A DNA stretch of 64,000 nucleotides from a virus. Made by a program: the position numbers and the translations under genes. The stretch covers positions 110,471 to 174,470 of the IMG/VR virus record IMGVR_UViG_3300027749_000040; one strand, 5' to 3'. How positions within the stretch are numbered: the stretch's first letter is position 1; each line of letters starts with the position of its first letter. Shown here piece after piece: positions 56,203 through 64,000 of this stretch. Below the pieces are notes generated by a model. The model ran no database searches and was not told the DNA's origin. It was given only the letters and a program-made list of their open reading frames with translations.

Positions 56203-56709
56203 ATGCGAACTGATATCTATGGTCAACAAATCTACAATGAAATGGAACTATGTCTGCTATATTTGCAGGATCCTACACGTATCATTAAACGTGCATTGGT
56301 AGAGAATGAAATCAAATTTGACGAAGTACTTCAATTAGAAAATACTCCTGAACTTATTCAATACAATAGGTTAGACATGACAATAGAACAGTTTGACAAT
56401 CAAATGCAATCAAACTGGTTAATGCCTGAACAATACAAAACGATGGACATTGCACAATATGTGTTGAATCAATGTCAGGGAGAAGCAGAATTACAACGAG
56501 CAGGAGAAGAATTAATACTGTTCCAAGAACGAGATATGTTTGTGTTATTGCGTTATTTAAAATATCTAGTTGACACTATGCGTGAAAATAATATACTATG
56601 GGGTGTCGGTAGAGGGTCAAGTGTAGCAAGTTTTGTATTGTTTTTGCTTGGAATTCACCGCATAAATAGTTGTTACTATGACTTATCTATAGATGAGTTT
56701 TTAAAATAA
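56203..56709 (+). CDS. dnaE: Miniature DNA polymerase III alpha (DnaE) N-half: first part of the palm
   Basis: QRAGEELILF...LVDTMRENNILWGVGRGSSVASFVLFLLGIHRINSCYYDLSIDEFLK aligns without gaps to DnaE ERLETEL...GPGRGSGAGSLVAYALKIT.LDP...LLFERFL. Confidence 0.85.
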   Translation: MRTDIYGQQIYNEMELCLLYLQDPTRIIKRALVENEIKFDEVLQLENTPELIQYNRLDMTIEQFDNQMQSNWLMPEQYKTMDIAQYVLNQCQGEAELQRAGEELILFQERDMFVLLRYLKYLVDTMRENNILWGVGRGSSVASFVLFLLGIHRINSCYYDLSIDEFLK

Positions 56710-56719
56710 GGAAAATATT

Positions 56720-57079
56720 ATGAAAAGTTACAGATCAGCAATGGGAAAGAATGTAGATATGGGTGCTCTATTAGCCAAAAATGAAAATACTAGGGCAGTA
56801 GGCAACATGAAAGTGAATGCACGTGGAGACACAATTGATTCACTAGGCAGGGTTACCAGACCAGTTACTGCAAAAGTAAATCAATCGTATGCTAATACAG
56901 TTGGAAATAAATCGGCAAATGCAGTGAGAAATAAACCAACACCTTCTACCCCCATAATATCTGATCCAGAAATTAAAGAAGAACTTACTACAGCAGAATT
57001 AGAATTAGAAGAATCATTTGAAGATGATTTAGAAATTGAAAAGATTAAAGCAGAAGAACTTAGCAAAGGTAAAAAATGA
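56720..57079 (+). CDS. Hypothetical protein
   Basis: SD AAGGA; AVGNMKVNARGD motif; acidic tail. Confidence 0.75.
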   Translation: MKSYRSAMGKNVDMGALLAKNENTRAVGNMKVNARGDTIDSLGRVTRPVTAKVNQSYANTVGNKSANAVRNKPTPSTPIISDPEIKEELTTAELELEESFEDDLEIEKIKAEELSKGKK

Positions 57080-57453
57080 GCGATTACTCAACGCCAGCGT
57101 TCAGTCCCACTAAAGTAGATAAACTAACATTTTTGCACAAAGATATTATTGTGTCAGAAATGAGTTTTGACCAGCGTATCACAGCAGGTGGTATTATTCT
57201 ATTAGACGATGACAAGAAAAGTTCTGGTATTCGCCCTCGTTGGGCAAAGATTTATGGGTTAGGACCCGATGTAGTAGATCCTGAACTACAGATTGGTAAA
57301 TACATTCTTATAAGTCACGGTCGTTGGACTCGTGGTATCACTGTAGAAACTCCATTGGGTGAAGAAACATTGCGTAAAGTTGACGTTAATGATATACTAC
57401 TGATATCAGATGAACCTATGGAAGATGAAACAATGAGTGATAAGGTGTATTAA
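57076..57453 (+). CDS. groES: Co-chaperonin GroES-like (functional analogue of T4 gp31)
   Basis: RITAGGIIL mobile loop, KIYGLGP, LQIGKYIL, NDILLI. Confidence 0.75.
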   Translation: MSDYSTPAFSPTKVDKLTFLHKDIIVSEMSFDQRITAGGIILLDDDKKSSGIRPRWAKIYGLGPDVVDPELQIGKYILISHGRWTRGITVETPLGEETLRKVDVNDILLISDEPMEDETMSDKVY

Positions 57454-58070
57454 TGCTTGAGGGTAGTAATAGAATAGTATTCATACATTTTTTACCGGGA
57501 AGTTTTGGATCTTTTCTATTACATTGTTTATCATATAGTAATAGTGTTTTCACACAAAACAAGAAGGATATTTTCTTTGATGAGTTTGGTGCCGCACATC
57601 ATAAAATAAAACAATGGTTTAATGATTTTCATTCAGGAACAAAAATAAACGAATGGTCTAACTTACCAACTGAAATGCAAAAAATATACCTTGAGAAAAA
57701 TTGGAATCCTCCCGAAGAGTTTTTCAATTCTAATTTGTACCACATTCATAGAACATGTCTACCTAAAAAAACTGAATTAATTAAACAGCATATCCCTGAA
57801 GCTAGACATATTAAAATAACTATACCTTTTAAATACAACCTTCTTGTAAGAGATATGTATATTAAAAAATGTAGGGTAGTACCCAATATAACTTACAGCT
57901 ATATTAAAAATAATGATATAATAGAAGGCGTGTATGATTTTGATATTAGTCACTTTGTAGAAGGTACATTCTTAAGTGAATTTGATAAACTATGTGAATG
58001 GTTAAACTTTGAAAAAACTGATGTATCAAGTCAATATGAAAAATTTAAACAAGTAAATGGATTTATATGA
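57453..58070 (+). CDS. Hypothetical protein, possible sulfotransferase-like P-loop fold
   Basis: N-terminal IHFLPGSFGSFL, C-terminal LCEWLN; AT-rich. Confidence 0.45.
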   Translation: MLEGSNRIVFIHFLPGSFGSFLLHCLSYSNSVFTQNKKDIFFDEFGAAHHKIKQWFNDFHSGTKINEWSNLPTEMQKIYLEKNWNPPEEFFNSNLYHIHRTCLPKKTELIKQHIPEARHIKITIPFKYNLLVRDMYIKKCRVVPNITYSYIKNNDIIEGVYDFDISHFVEGTFLSEFDKLCEWLNFEKTDVSSQYEKFKQVNGFI

Positions 58071-58351
58071 TAAACTGGATTAGACAAAAACTACACAACT
58101 TTATATTTCCACAAGACATTGCAGAGACAAGACCCTCAGCAAAGAACAGTCTTATTAGTCGAGGTAGATCACTTGACAGCAGAGGTATGAGCTTTACTAT
58201 TCACCAAGCTAATGGTGGTTATGTATTAGAGTATTCAACGTATAATGAAAAAACTGATAGGCACGATAATGCATTGCACATTATTAATTCTGATCAAGAC
58301 TTGGGTCAGGGTATCGCACACGTTATTACACTTGAAATGTTAAGAAAATGA
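58067..58351 (+). CDS. Hypothetical protein
   Basis: 94 aa; FTIHQANGGYVLE. Confidence 0.75.
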   Translation: MINWIRQKLHNFIFPQDIAETRPSAKNSLISRGRSLDSRGMSFTIHQANGGYVLEYSTYNEKTDRHDNALHIINSDQDLGQGIAHVITLEMLRK

Positions 58352-59274
58352 AAAATCAACTTTGGGTAGAAAAGTATCGTCCTAACTCTATCAGTGAATA
58401 TGTGTTTACTGATGGACGTGTCAAATCACAAGCAGAACAATGGGTCAAAGATGGTATTATCCCTCACTTGTTGTTCAGCGGTGACCCCGGTACAGGTAAA
58501 ACAACACTTGCTAAAGTATTAATCAAAGAACTTGGTGTGGAAGATTATGATGTAATGGTCATCAACGCAAGTCGTGAACGTCAAATTGAATTGGTTCGTG
58601 ACAAACTATTGTCATTTGCACAGACATTGCCTTTTGGTAAGTTCAAAGTTGTGTTGCTAGATGAAGCAGATTCATTGCCTCACTTGACACAAGCCGCACT
58701 GCGTACTGATATGGAAACATACTCAGACACAGTTCGATTCATTTTGACTTGTAACTATCCTGAGAAAATCATTCCAGCATTGCGTGAAAGTCGCTGTCAC
58801 AAGATTCATATTAGCAAGCCAGATCACACTGACTTTACAGCACGTGCGGCAACTGTGTTGTTGACTGAAAACATTGAATTTGATCTGGATATACTAGACA
58901 ACTATGTTCGTGCTTGCTATCCAGACTTGCGTAAAGTATTAAATCAACTACAAGTTAATTGTATTGATGGTAAACTACAGCCAGCACAAACAGGTGGTAC
59001 AGATGAAAATGAACTATTGCTTGAAGCAGTTCAATTGTTTAAAGCAGGTAAGATTCTTGATGGTCGTCAACAACTGATGCAGTATATCTCTATGTATCCA
59101 TCACATGTAGAAGATTGCTACAAGTGGATGTACCAAAACTTGGATCTGTGGGGCAAGGATCAAGAAAAGAAGGACGCAAGTATCATTATCATTCGTAATG
59201 GTCTAGCACAACTGCCACTAGTTGGGATAGCTGAGATTTCATTGGCAGCAACATTAGTAGAGTTAACAACTTAA
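58348..59274 (+). CDS. Clamp loader ATPase subunit (T4 gp44/RFC-like)
   Basis: LWVEKYRP, PHLLFSGDPGTGKTT, INAS, LLDEAD, FILTCNY, SRC. Confidence 0.92.
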   Translation: MKNQLWVEKYRPNSISEYVFTDGRVKSQAEQWVKDGIIPHLLFSGDPGTGKTTLAKVLIKELGVEDYDVMVINASRERQIELVRDKLLSFAQTLPFGKFKVVLLDEADSLPHLTQAALRTDMETYSDTVRFILTCNYPEKIIPALRESRCHKIHISKPDHTDFTARAATVLLTENIEFDLDILDNYVRACYPDLRKVLNQLQVNCIDGKLQPAQTGGTDENELLLEAVQLFKAGKILDGRQQLMQYISMYPSHVEDCYKWMYQNLDLWGKDQEKKDASIIIIRNGLAQLPLVGIAEISLAATLVELTT

Positions 59275-59284
59275 AGGAAAAAAA

Positions 59285-60361
59285 ATGATTAAAAATATAT
59301 TAATAGGATTATTGATTAGTATTGCATTAATAGCCAAGGCAGAAGATGCACCAACAACATTATCAAATTCAGGAACTATAAGCCCTTATAAGGCCGAACG
59401 TGGTGGAATATTTCTAGCACCGGATTTACTTCTTGTAATTCCGGGAAATACTAAACTTGATATAAGTACCCAGCCCTGGGTAGATTCTTCAAACAATACA
59501 ATTGATATTTCAAAGATGCCATACGTTAGTGGTACCAAGTATGCTAAAGACTATGCAAAAGAGGGAAGTGTATTCACTATAACCACTGATAAAAAATATC
59601 GTTACTTCAAAGGTAACGGATTACCATCAACAGTAATGGGAGAGTATCCTGTACAACAAGGAACTGAAGCATACAAGTATTATAGTGTTGCGCCCGGTGG
59701 ACATGATTTTAGAACAGGCATTCCTGGCTCAGACTATTCAAGTGCCGCGGCAATTGGCATTAGTCCTTATAGGTTAGTTGTTCAACTACCAAAACATCCA
59801 AAGCCCAGTGCTACTCCAAATCCAATTGCTTCATTACCAATTGGTGTAACATTAACCGGTACTGTGTGGCATTTTGAACTAGCAAACGCCAGTGGTACCG
59901 CATGGTACAATCCAACTTCATTACTACCAATTGACCAATGCTGGGGACATCCTTATGCTCAACAATATCACTTGCATGGTTACTCATGGAAGTGTTTTCC
60001 TAATCAGGGAACAGAAGGACATTCACCATTGTTCGGTTATGCATTTGATGGATTTGGTATCTATGGCCCAAGAGGTGATGATGGCAAAATGGTTACCAAC
60101 GAACAACTAGATGAATGTCACGGACATACTCATTCAGTACTATGGGATGGTAAAATGAAAAAAATCTATCACTATCACTTGAACAATGAATATCCATATA
60201 GTGTTGGTTGTTTTAAAGGTAAAGTTAACTATGCCGAAGCATTAGGTTCAACTGACATGAAGTCACATGGTAAAATGGTTCATGGCACCCCGGGGCATAA
60301 ACATACAGGAGATGCAAGTGTCCCGGATATTATGATTATTCCAAGAAAACCATTCCAATGA
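59285..60361 (+). CDS. Secreted YHYH-domain protein
   Basis: Signal peptide MIKNILIGLLISIALIAKA; DQCWGHP...YHLHG, GYAFDGFGIYG, LDECHGH, YHYH, YPYSVGCF. Confidence 0.8.
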   Translation: MIKNILIGLLISIALIAKAEDAPTTLSNSGTISPYKAERGGIFLAPDLLLVIPGNTKLDISTQPWVDSSNNTIDISKMPYVSGTKYAKDYAKEGSVFTITTDKKYRYFKGNGLPSTVMGEYPVQQGTEAYKYYSVAPGGHDFRTGIPGSDYSSAAAIGISPYRLVVQLPKHPKPSATPNPIASLPIGVTLTGTVWHFELANASGTAWYNPTSLLPIDQCWGHPYAQQYHLHGYSWKCFPNQGTEGHSPLFGYAFDGFGIYGPRGDDGKMVTNEQLDECHGHTHSVLWDGKMKKIYHYHLNNEYPYSVGCFKGKVNYAEALGSTDMKSHGKMVHGTPGHKHTGDASVPDIMIIPRKPFQ

Positions 60362-60624
60362 GATATCTGTTAATTACTTTTATGCGAAAGCCCGGCGGGC
60401 AAATTGACGAAGCAGTCACTGTAAGCAAAAATATAAAACCCGCAGATTTGCAAACATGCAATGTTATTATTGATTATGCTGATAAAAAAGTAGAGAAATG
60501 TGTAATTGAAGGCAAATTTGTTGATACTGACTTTGATCGCATGGATGCATATTACAAGCAAATATATCCTAATCTAATTGCACAATTAGAAAAAGAAGCA
60601 GTCATCTCAAAAAATGAAAAATAA
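60358..60624 (+). CDS. Hypothetical protein
   Basis: 88 aa; ATGA overlap. Confidence 0.7.
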   Translation: MRYLLITFMRKPGGQIDEAVTVSKNIKPADLQTCNVIIDYADKKVEKCVIEGKFVDTDFDRMDAYYKQIYPNLIAQLEKEAVISKNEK

Positions 60625-61526
60625 TGCAGTTTGTAATTAACTTCACAAATGATATATCAATGATATATCATTTGGTTGATGAAGAAATAGCCCAGCAATG
60701 GGCTAACCTTATTGTTAAACGCAACTCTACTGAACTATGTAAAATAAATCATTATACTGGTTATGGGAGTGAAGAATTAATTAATAGTAGAATTCAACGG
60801 TTATATGATCTTGCTGATAAAATAACTCAATATGATGATACTCGTATCATAAAACAAGAAATCAATAGAGATACATGGAAAGTTGCACTTCATACAATGC
60901 ATGTACATTTTCCTGAAATGAAAAATGATCCCAAGTATCAAGAAGCATGGCCGTTGTTGACTGAGTACAACGATATCATACATTGGTTGGAATCTGTATT
61001 ATTGCAAGTTTGGGAAAAAAATATAGGATCTAGTTTGTTTAGAGTAGCATTAGACTTTAATAAAACAGTGTTTGAGTTCTACGATCTTCCTGAAAGTTCA
61101 TATAAATTGTTTACTCCCCTTACTCAATTTGGTGATTTGTCATTACATTACACACATGTAGGTAAAAATGCTATAGAACTATTTACGGTAGACGATTTTG
61201 AATGTCCACCAGAACAATTTATACCACAACGAACATTTAATGCTAGTTGTAGGATGACGCTAAGAGATAATTTATTTGAATCAGTTAAACAAAAAACAGA
61301 ATACATCAGTAGATGGAACAAGTTTTATAAAGATCGCGGTGGGATAGAATTTTGGAAACTAGATATCAACGATCCAAAGTTAGCACTTGGCTTTTGTAAA
61401 ATAGGCAGTATGTCTGCAATCAATATTGCAGGGGAAGAAATAAATATTCCCAAAACACAAAACGAAATAGACTTGTTCAGAGAACAAATAGTTAACTCAA
61501 CTGTGATAGATTGGGAAATAAAATAA
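60624..61526 (+). CDS. Hypothetical protein
   Basis: 300 aa; LHTMHVHF, YNDIIHWLE, LHYTHVGK motifs. Confidence 0.7.
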   Translation: MQFVINFTNDISMIYHLVDEEIAQQWANLIVKRNSTELCKINHYTGYGSEELINSRIQRLYDLADKITQYDDTRIIKQEINRDTWKVALHTMHVHFPEMKNDPKYQEAWPLLTEYNDIIHWLESVLLQVWEKNIGSSLFRVALDFNKTVFEFYDLPESSYKLFTPLTQFGDLSLHYTHVGKNAIELFTVDDFECPPEQFIPQRTFNASCRMTLRDNLFESVKQKTEYISRWNKFYKDRGGIEFWKLDINDPKLALGFCKIGSMSAINIAGEEINIPKTQNEIDLFREQIVNSTVIDWEIK

Positions 61527-61544
61527 GGGGCAAGGCCCCTTATT
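61522..61544. terminator. Bidirectional terminator between convergent genes
   Basis: AATAAGGGGC-AAG-GCCCCTTATT. Confidence 0.75.
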
Positions 61545-61545
61545 C

Positions 61546-62331
61546 TTATGAATACATCTTGAGGATGTGTTCAATAATTTTGTGACGTTGTATATCACGC
61601 ATATCGAACTTGCAAGACGCTAAGCCTGGAATCACCCCCTTCCCACCATCTAGCCTACTTAGTAAGTCTAGGAGCCCATTCTCAGGCGTGCGTCTATCTG
61701 TTTGTTCTACATCACCAGTGATGACAATTTTACTACCAATACCGATACGTGTCATAATCATTTTTAACTGGCTTGGGGTGGCGTTTTGAGCCTCATCAAG
61801 AACTACCCAACTGTTTTTAAAGTTACGACCTCTACAGAACGCCAGTGGAGCTATCTCTACTATCTGTTCTTCTAGCATGTCAGCAATTTCTTTAGTTGAA
61901 TAATACTCACGTAATACATCTAGTAATGGTCGTGTCCATGGTTCCATCTTTTGATTGATGTCTCCTGGCAAAAACCCGTGCTTCTCGTCATCAACACCAA
62001 CCGCAGGTCTGGATAAAATGATTCTGTCACACTCACCGTTTCGCATTGCTTTAATTGCGGCTTGCATGGCAAGATACGTTTTCCCTGTCCCTGCAGGTCC
62101 CGAAACCACGACTATATCTGTCTTGTTGTCAAGTAATGCTAATATGTATTTTTCTTGATTTATGGATTTGGGGATGAGTTCTACGGGTCTGCGTACTCGT
62201 TGCTTCTGAGTTGCTTGTGTGAAATCGATAGTTTTAGATTCTTTTGTATAGAATGTATTTCCGTCTGTTTTTTTACTGTGTGAAAACCGTGTGTCTGTAC
62301 TTCTTAATGCGCTGGTTTTTCGTTTGCTCAA
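61546..62331 (-). CDS. phoH: PhoH-family ATPase
   Basis: GPAGTGKT, SRPAV, GFLPGD, RGRNF, LDEAQN, TGDVEQ.D, DIQRH; likely TTG start at 62331 after SD AAAGGAG. Confidence 0.95.
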   Translation of the reverse strand: MSKRKTSALRSTDTRFSHSKKTDGNTFYTKESKTIDFTQATQKQRVRRPVELIPKSINQEKYILALLDNKTDIVVVSGPAGTGKTYLAMQAAIKAMRNGECDRIILSRPAVGVDDEKHGFLPGDINQKMEPWTRPLLDVLREYYSTKEIADMLEEQIVEIAPLAFCRGRNFKNSWVVLDEAQNATPSQLKMIMTRIGIGSKIVITGDVEQTDRRTPENGLLDLLSRLDGGKGVIPGLASCKFDMRDIQRHKIIEHILKMYS

Positions 62332-62499
62332 GTTAGTTCTCCTTTGTAGAGCGTGAGTGCTCATAACACTCATCTTTATTTAAGGTCAATAGTTAGACTC
62401 ATAGTAGCATACTTTTAACACATGCATAAATGATAAATATTAGGCTAACTCCAATGTGATTCAAAAGTTGTATTCAATCAAAAAAAGATAAATACAACT

Positions 62500-63108
62500 A
62501 TGATTAAAACCGCCGACAAATTCTTTGACGATGTTGATTATGTCAGCATTATTGACACTGTAAAGGGTATCTTTACCAGTGACGGGTCTATGGCCGTTCT
62601 ATTAGATTTTGAACGTGTGCTAGATGAGGCAGACCTGTACGCATTTCGCAACTGGGAACTAGGTGAATTAGTTCAAGGACCTGTTGTAAAACGCTATAGT
62701 GTAGGTTGCATGTTTATGTGGCCATACAAACTTATGCCCGACCCAAGAGCCGCTAAACGTTTATTAAACTTAGGATGCTCAATTAAGTGGAAAAAAACTA
62801 AAATTAAAGTTCCTGTTGAGGTAGATGATTATGATGACTTTGACCCCGGTTCGCGTTATCCAAAGATGAAACCAAAAGCTATTTGGTTAGTGTACATTGA
62901 GATGCCTAAAGAAATCATGGATGATATCCGTGAAGGTTCTATTGATTTGGCAGGACAGAATATTGACTTGAACGACCTAGATGAAGCATATGATGATGAT
63001 ATGGATTCAGAAGATAGCGATGGTAGTGAAGATGGTGGTCAAAACGAACAACAAGAACCAGGTATGGCAGGCAATATAGGTACCGAAGAACAACAACCGG
63101 CAATGTAA
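62500..63108 (+). CDS. Hypothetical protein with acidic tail
   Basis: GATAAATA 62487-62494, 5 nt before ATG. Confidence 0.75.
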   Translation: MIKTADKFFDDVDYVSIIDTVKGIFTSDGSMAVLLDFERVLDEADLYAFRNWELGELVQGPVVKRYSVGCMFMWPYKLMPDPRAAKRLLNLGCSIKWKKTKIKVPVEVDDYDDFDPGSRYPKMKPKAIWLVYIEMPKEIMDDIREGSIDLAGQNIDLNDLDEAYDDDMDSEDSDGSEDGGQNEQQEPGMAGNIGTEEQQPAM

Positions 63109-63110
63109 TT

Positions 63111-63662
63111 ATGAATAAAATACTTAACGAAGGCTTAGATTATCATGACTTAGAAGGTATTGTTCTTCCTAGATTAACAGTAGATGAGTATGCCGCACAA
63201 ATGGGCAAAGACAGCGAGATTGTAACTTTAGCTTTTATTGTAAAAAACAAACAAGCAGGTGAAGACTTAAGTGACTGGTTTGAGCGTGGTTATGATTTTG
63301 TGTTAGATGCACAAGTCAGTGACGGTGAATTAACTACCGGCACATACTTAGTGTTTGTTGAAATGAATCGTAGAACTAGTGTACCTGAAAGAATTGTCAC
63401 ATTATTAGATGACTTAGAAACATTAACCGATATTCCATTAAAAGATTGGACAGTTATAGTTGATGATGAAGAATACGAACCTGATGCTGAGGTGTTGGAA
63501 CAAGTTATTACAATTTCACCTCATCAGTACCGCAAAGAAGTTGAGCCTGATGATGAAGAATTAAATGAAATGCGTGAACGTGCTGGGTTAGATGTTAAAG
63601 TGCTTCATGCTGACAAACAAGATGCTGATATTAAAGCATTTAAAGCAATGGCAGGACTATAA
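63111..63662 (+). CDS. Hypothetical protein, possibly head-associated
   Basis: Starts MNKILNE-G, ends FKAMAGL; internal MRERAGL. Confidence 0.7.
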   Translation: MNKILNEGLDYHDLEGIVLPRLTVDEYAAQMGKDSEIVTLAFIVKNKQAGEDLSDWFERGYDFVLDAQVSDGELTTGTYLVFVEMNRRTSVPERIVTLLDDLETLTDIPLKDWTVIVDDEEYEPDAEVLEQVITISPHQYRKEVEPDDEELNEMRERAGLDVKVLHADKQDADIKAFKAMAGL

Positions 63663-63665
63663 AAT

Positions 63666-64000
63666 ATGGAAACTATATTAGCAAAGAAATCAGGCCCACA
63701 GGATAATGCAATTGCACTTAATGATACACATCATGAAGTACTAGCGGCAGACCCTACAATATCAGCCTTCCCCAAAGGAAGTACATTCGGAGATAGTAAT
63801 GCAATCAACACATCATTTGGCGGGGCTACAGCATTTAGCACACCTTCAACAGGAGGATTCGGTGCAACCAATTCGTTTGGTTCATCAACAACAGCAGTTA
63901 CAAACAGTTTTGGATCAGCAGGATCTGTCCCCGCAACAACAGGAGCAATACAGATGGCACAACAAAATCAATCAGAATTATTAAAGAGCTCCGGTGGAGC
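63666..64000 (+). CDS. 5' part of an FG-repeat low-complexity protein, truncated by the window edge
   Basis: Not in the ORF track. SD AGGA, ATG 63666, open to the window end: METILAKKSG...STFGDS...TSFGGA...GGFGATNSFGSS...NSFGSAG. Confidence 0.7.
   Translation, partial: METILAKKSGPQDNAIALNDTHHEVLAADPTISAFPKGSTFGDSNAINTSFGGATAFSTPSTGGFGATNSFGSSTTAVTNSFGSAGSVPATTGAIQMAQQNQSELLKSSGG

Noticed and set aside
63799-63984. 61-aa ORF from the track
   Set aside because: Lies out of frame inside the better-supported ORF starting at 63666.
1-64000. Stop-codon reassignment, tRNA or rRNA genes
   Set aside because: The standard code gives dense full-length genes with TAA, TGA and TAG all used as stops; no cloverleaf or rRNA-like segment was recognised in the short spacers (tRNAscan not run).

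Overview
A 64-kb, AT-rich, gene-dense segment of a large T4-superfamily (myovirus-type) bacteriophage genome, almost all on the + strand and readable with the standard genetic code. It carries replication genes (UvsW-like helicase, gp61-like primase, gp41/DnaB-like helicase, gp44- and gp62-like clamp-loader subunits, a DEDDh exonuclease and a PD-(D/E)xK exonuclease), morphogenesis genes (neck gp13/14/15, sheath gp18, tube gp19, gp48/54-like, gp4-like head completion, several long fibre/Ig proteins, GroES-like co-chaperonin), a GH19 lysin and auxiliary genes (iscA, phoH, mazG, Nudix, dNMP kinase, radical SAM/SPASM, glycosyltransferase-like and SGNH-like ORFs). Main observations: (1) a family-C DNA polymerase (DnaE) core reduced to about 360 aa and split, without inteins, into two genes about 43 kb apart whose ends abut in the DnaE alignment; (2) GCWGC found only as GGCWGC or GCWGCC in a hand scan, which hints at a restriction target masked by a GGC-context DNA modification; (3) about 17 genes whose start codon sits at the predicted +1 of sigma70-type or T4-late-type promoters (leaderless mRNAs); (4) hairpins that join a promoter to the downstream translation-initiation region; (5) a 58-bp direct repeat that gives the tail tube and the next protein the same C-terminus; (6) a giant fibre that stops where its paralog's autocleaving chaperone begins. 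No tRNA, rRNA or CRISPR array was recognised. All family assignments are motif-based by eye; no database searches were run.
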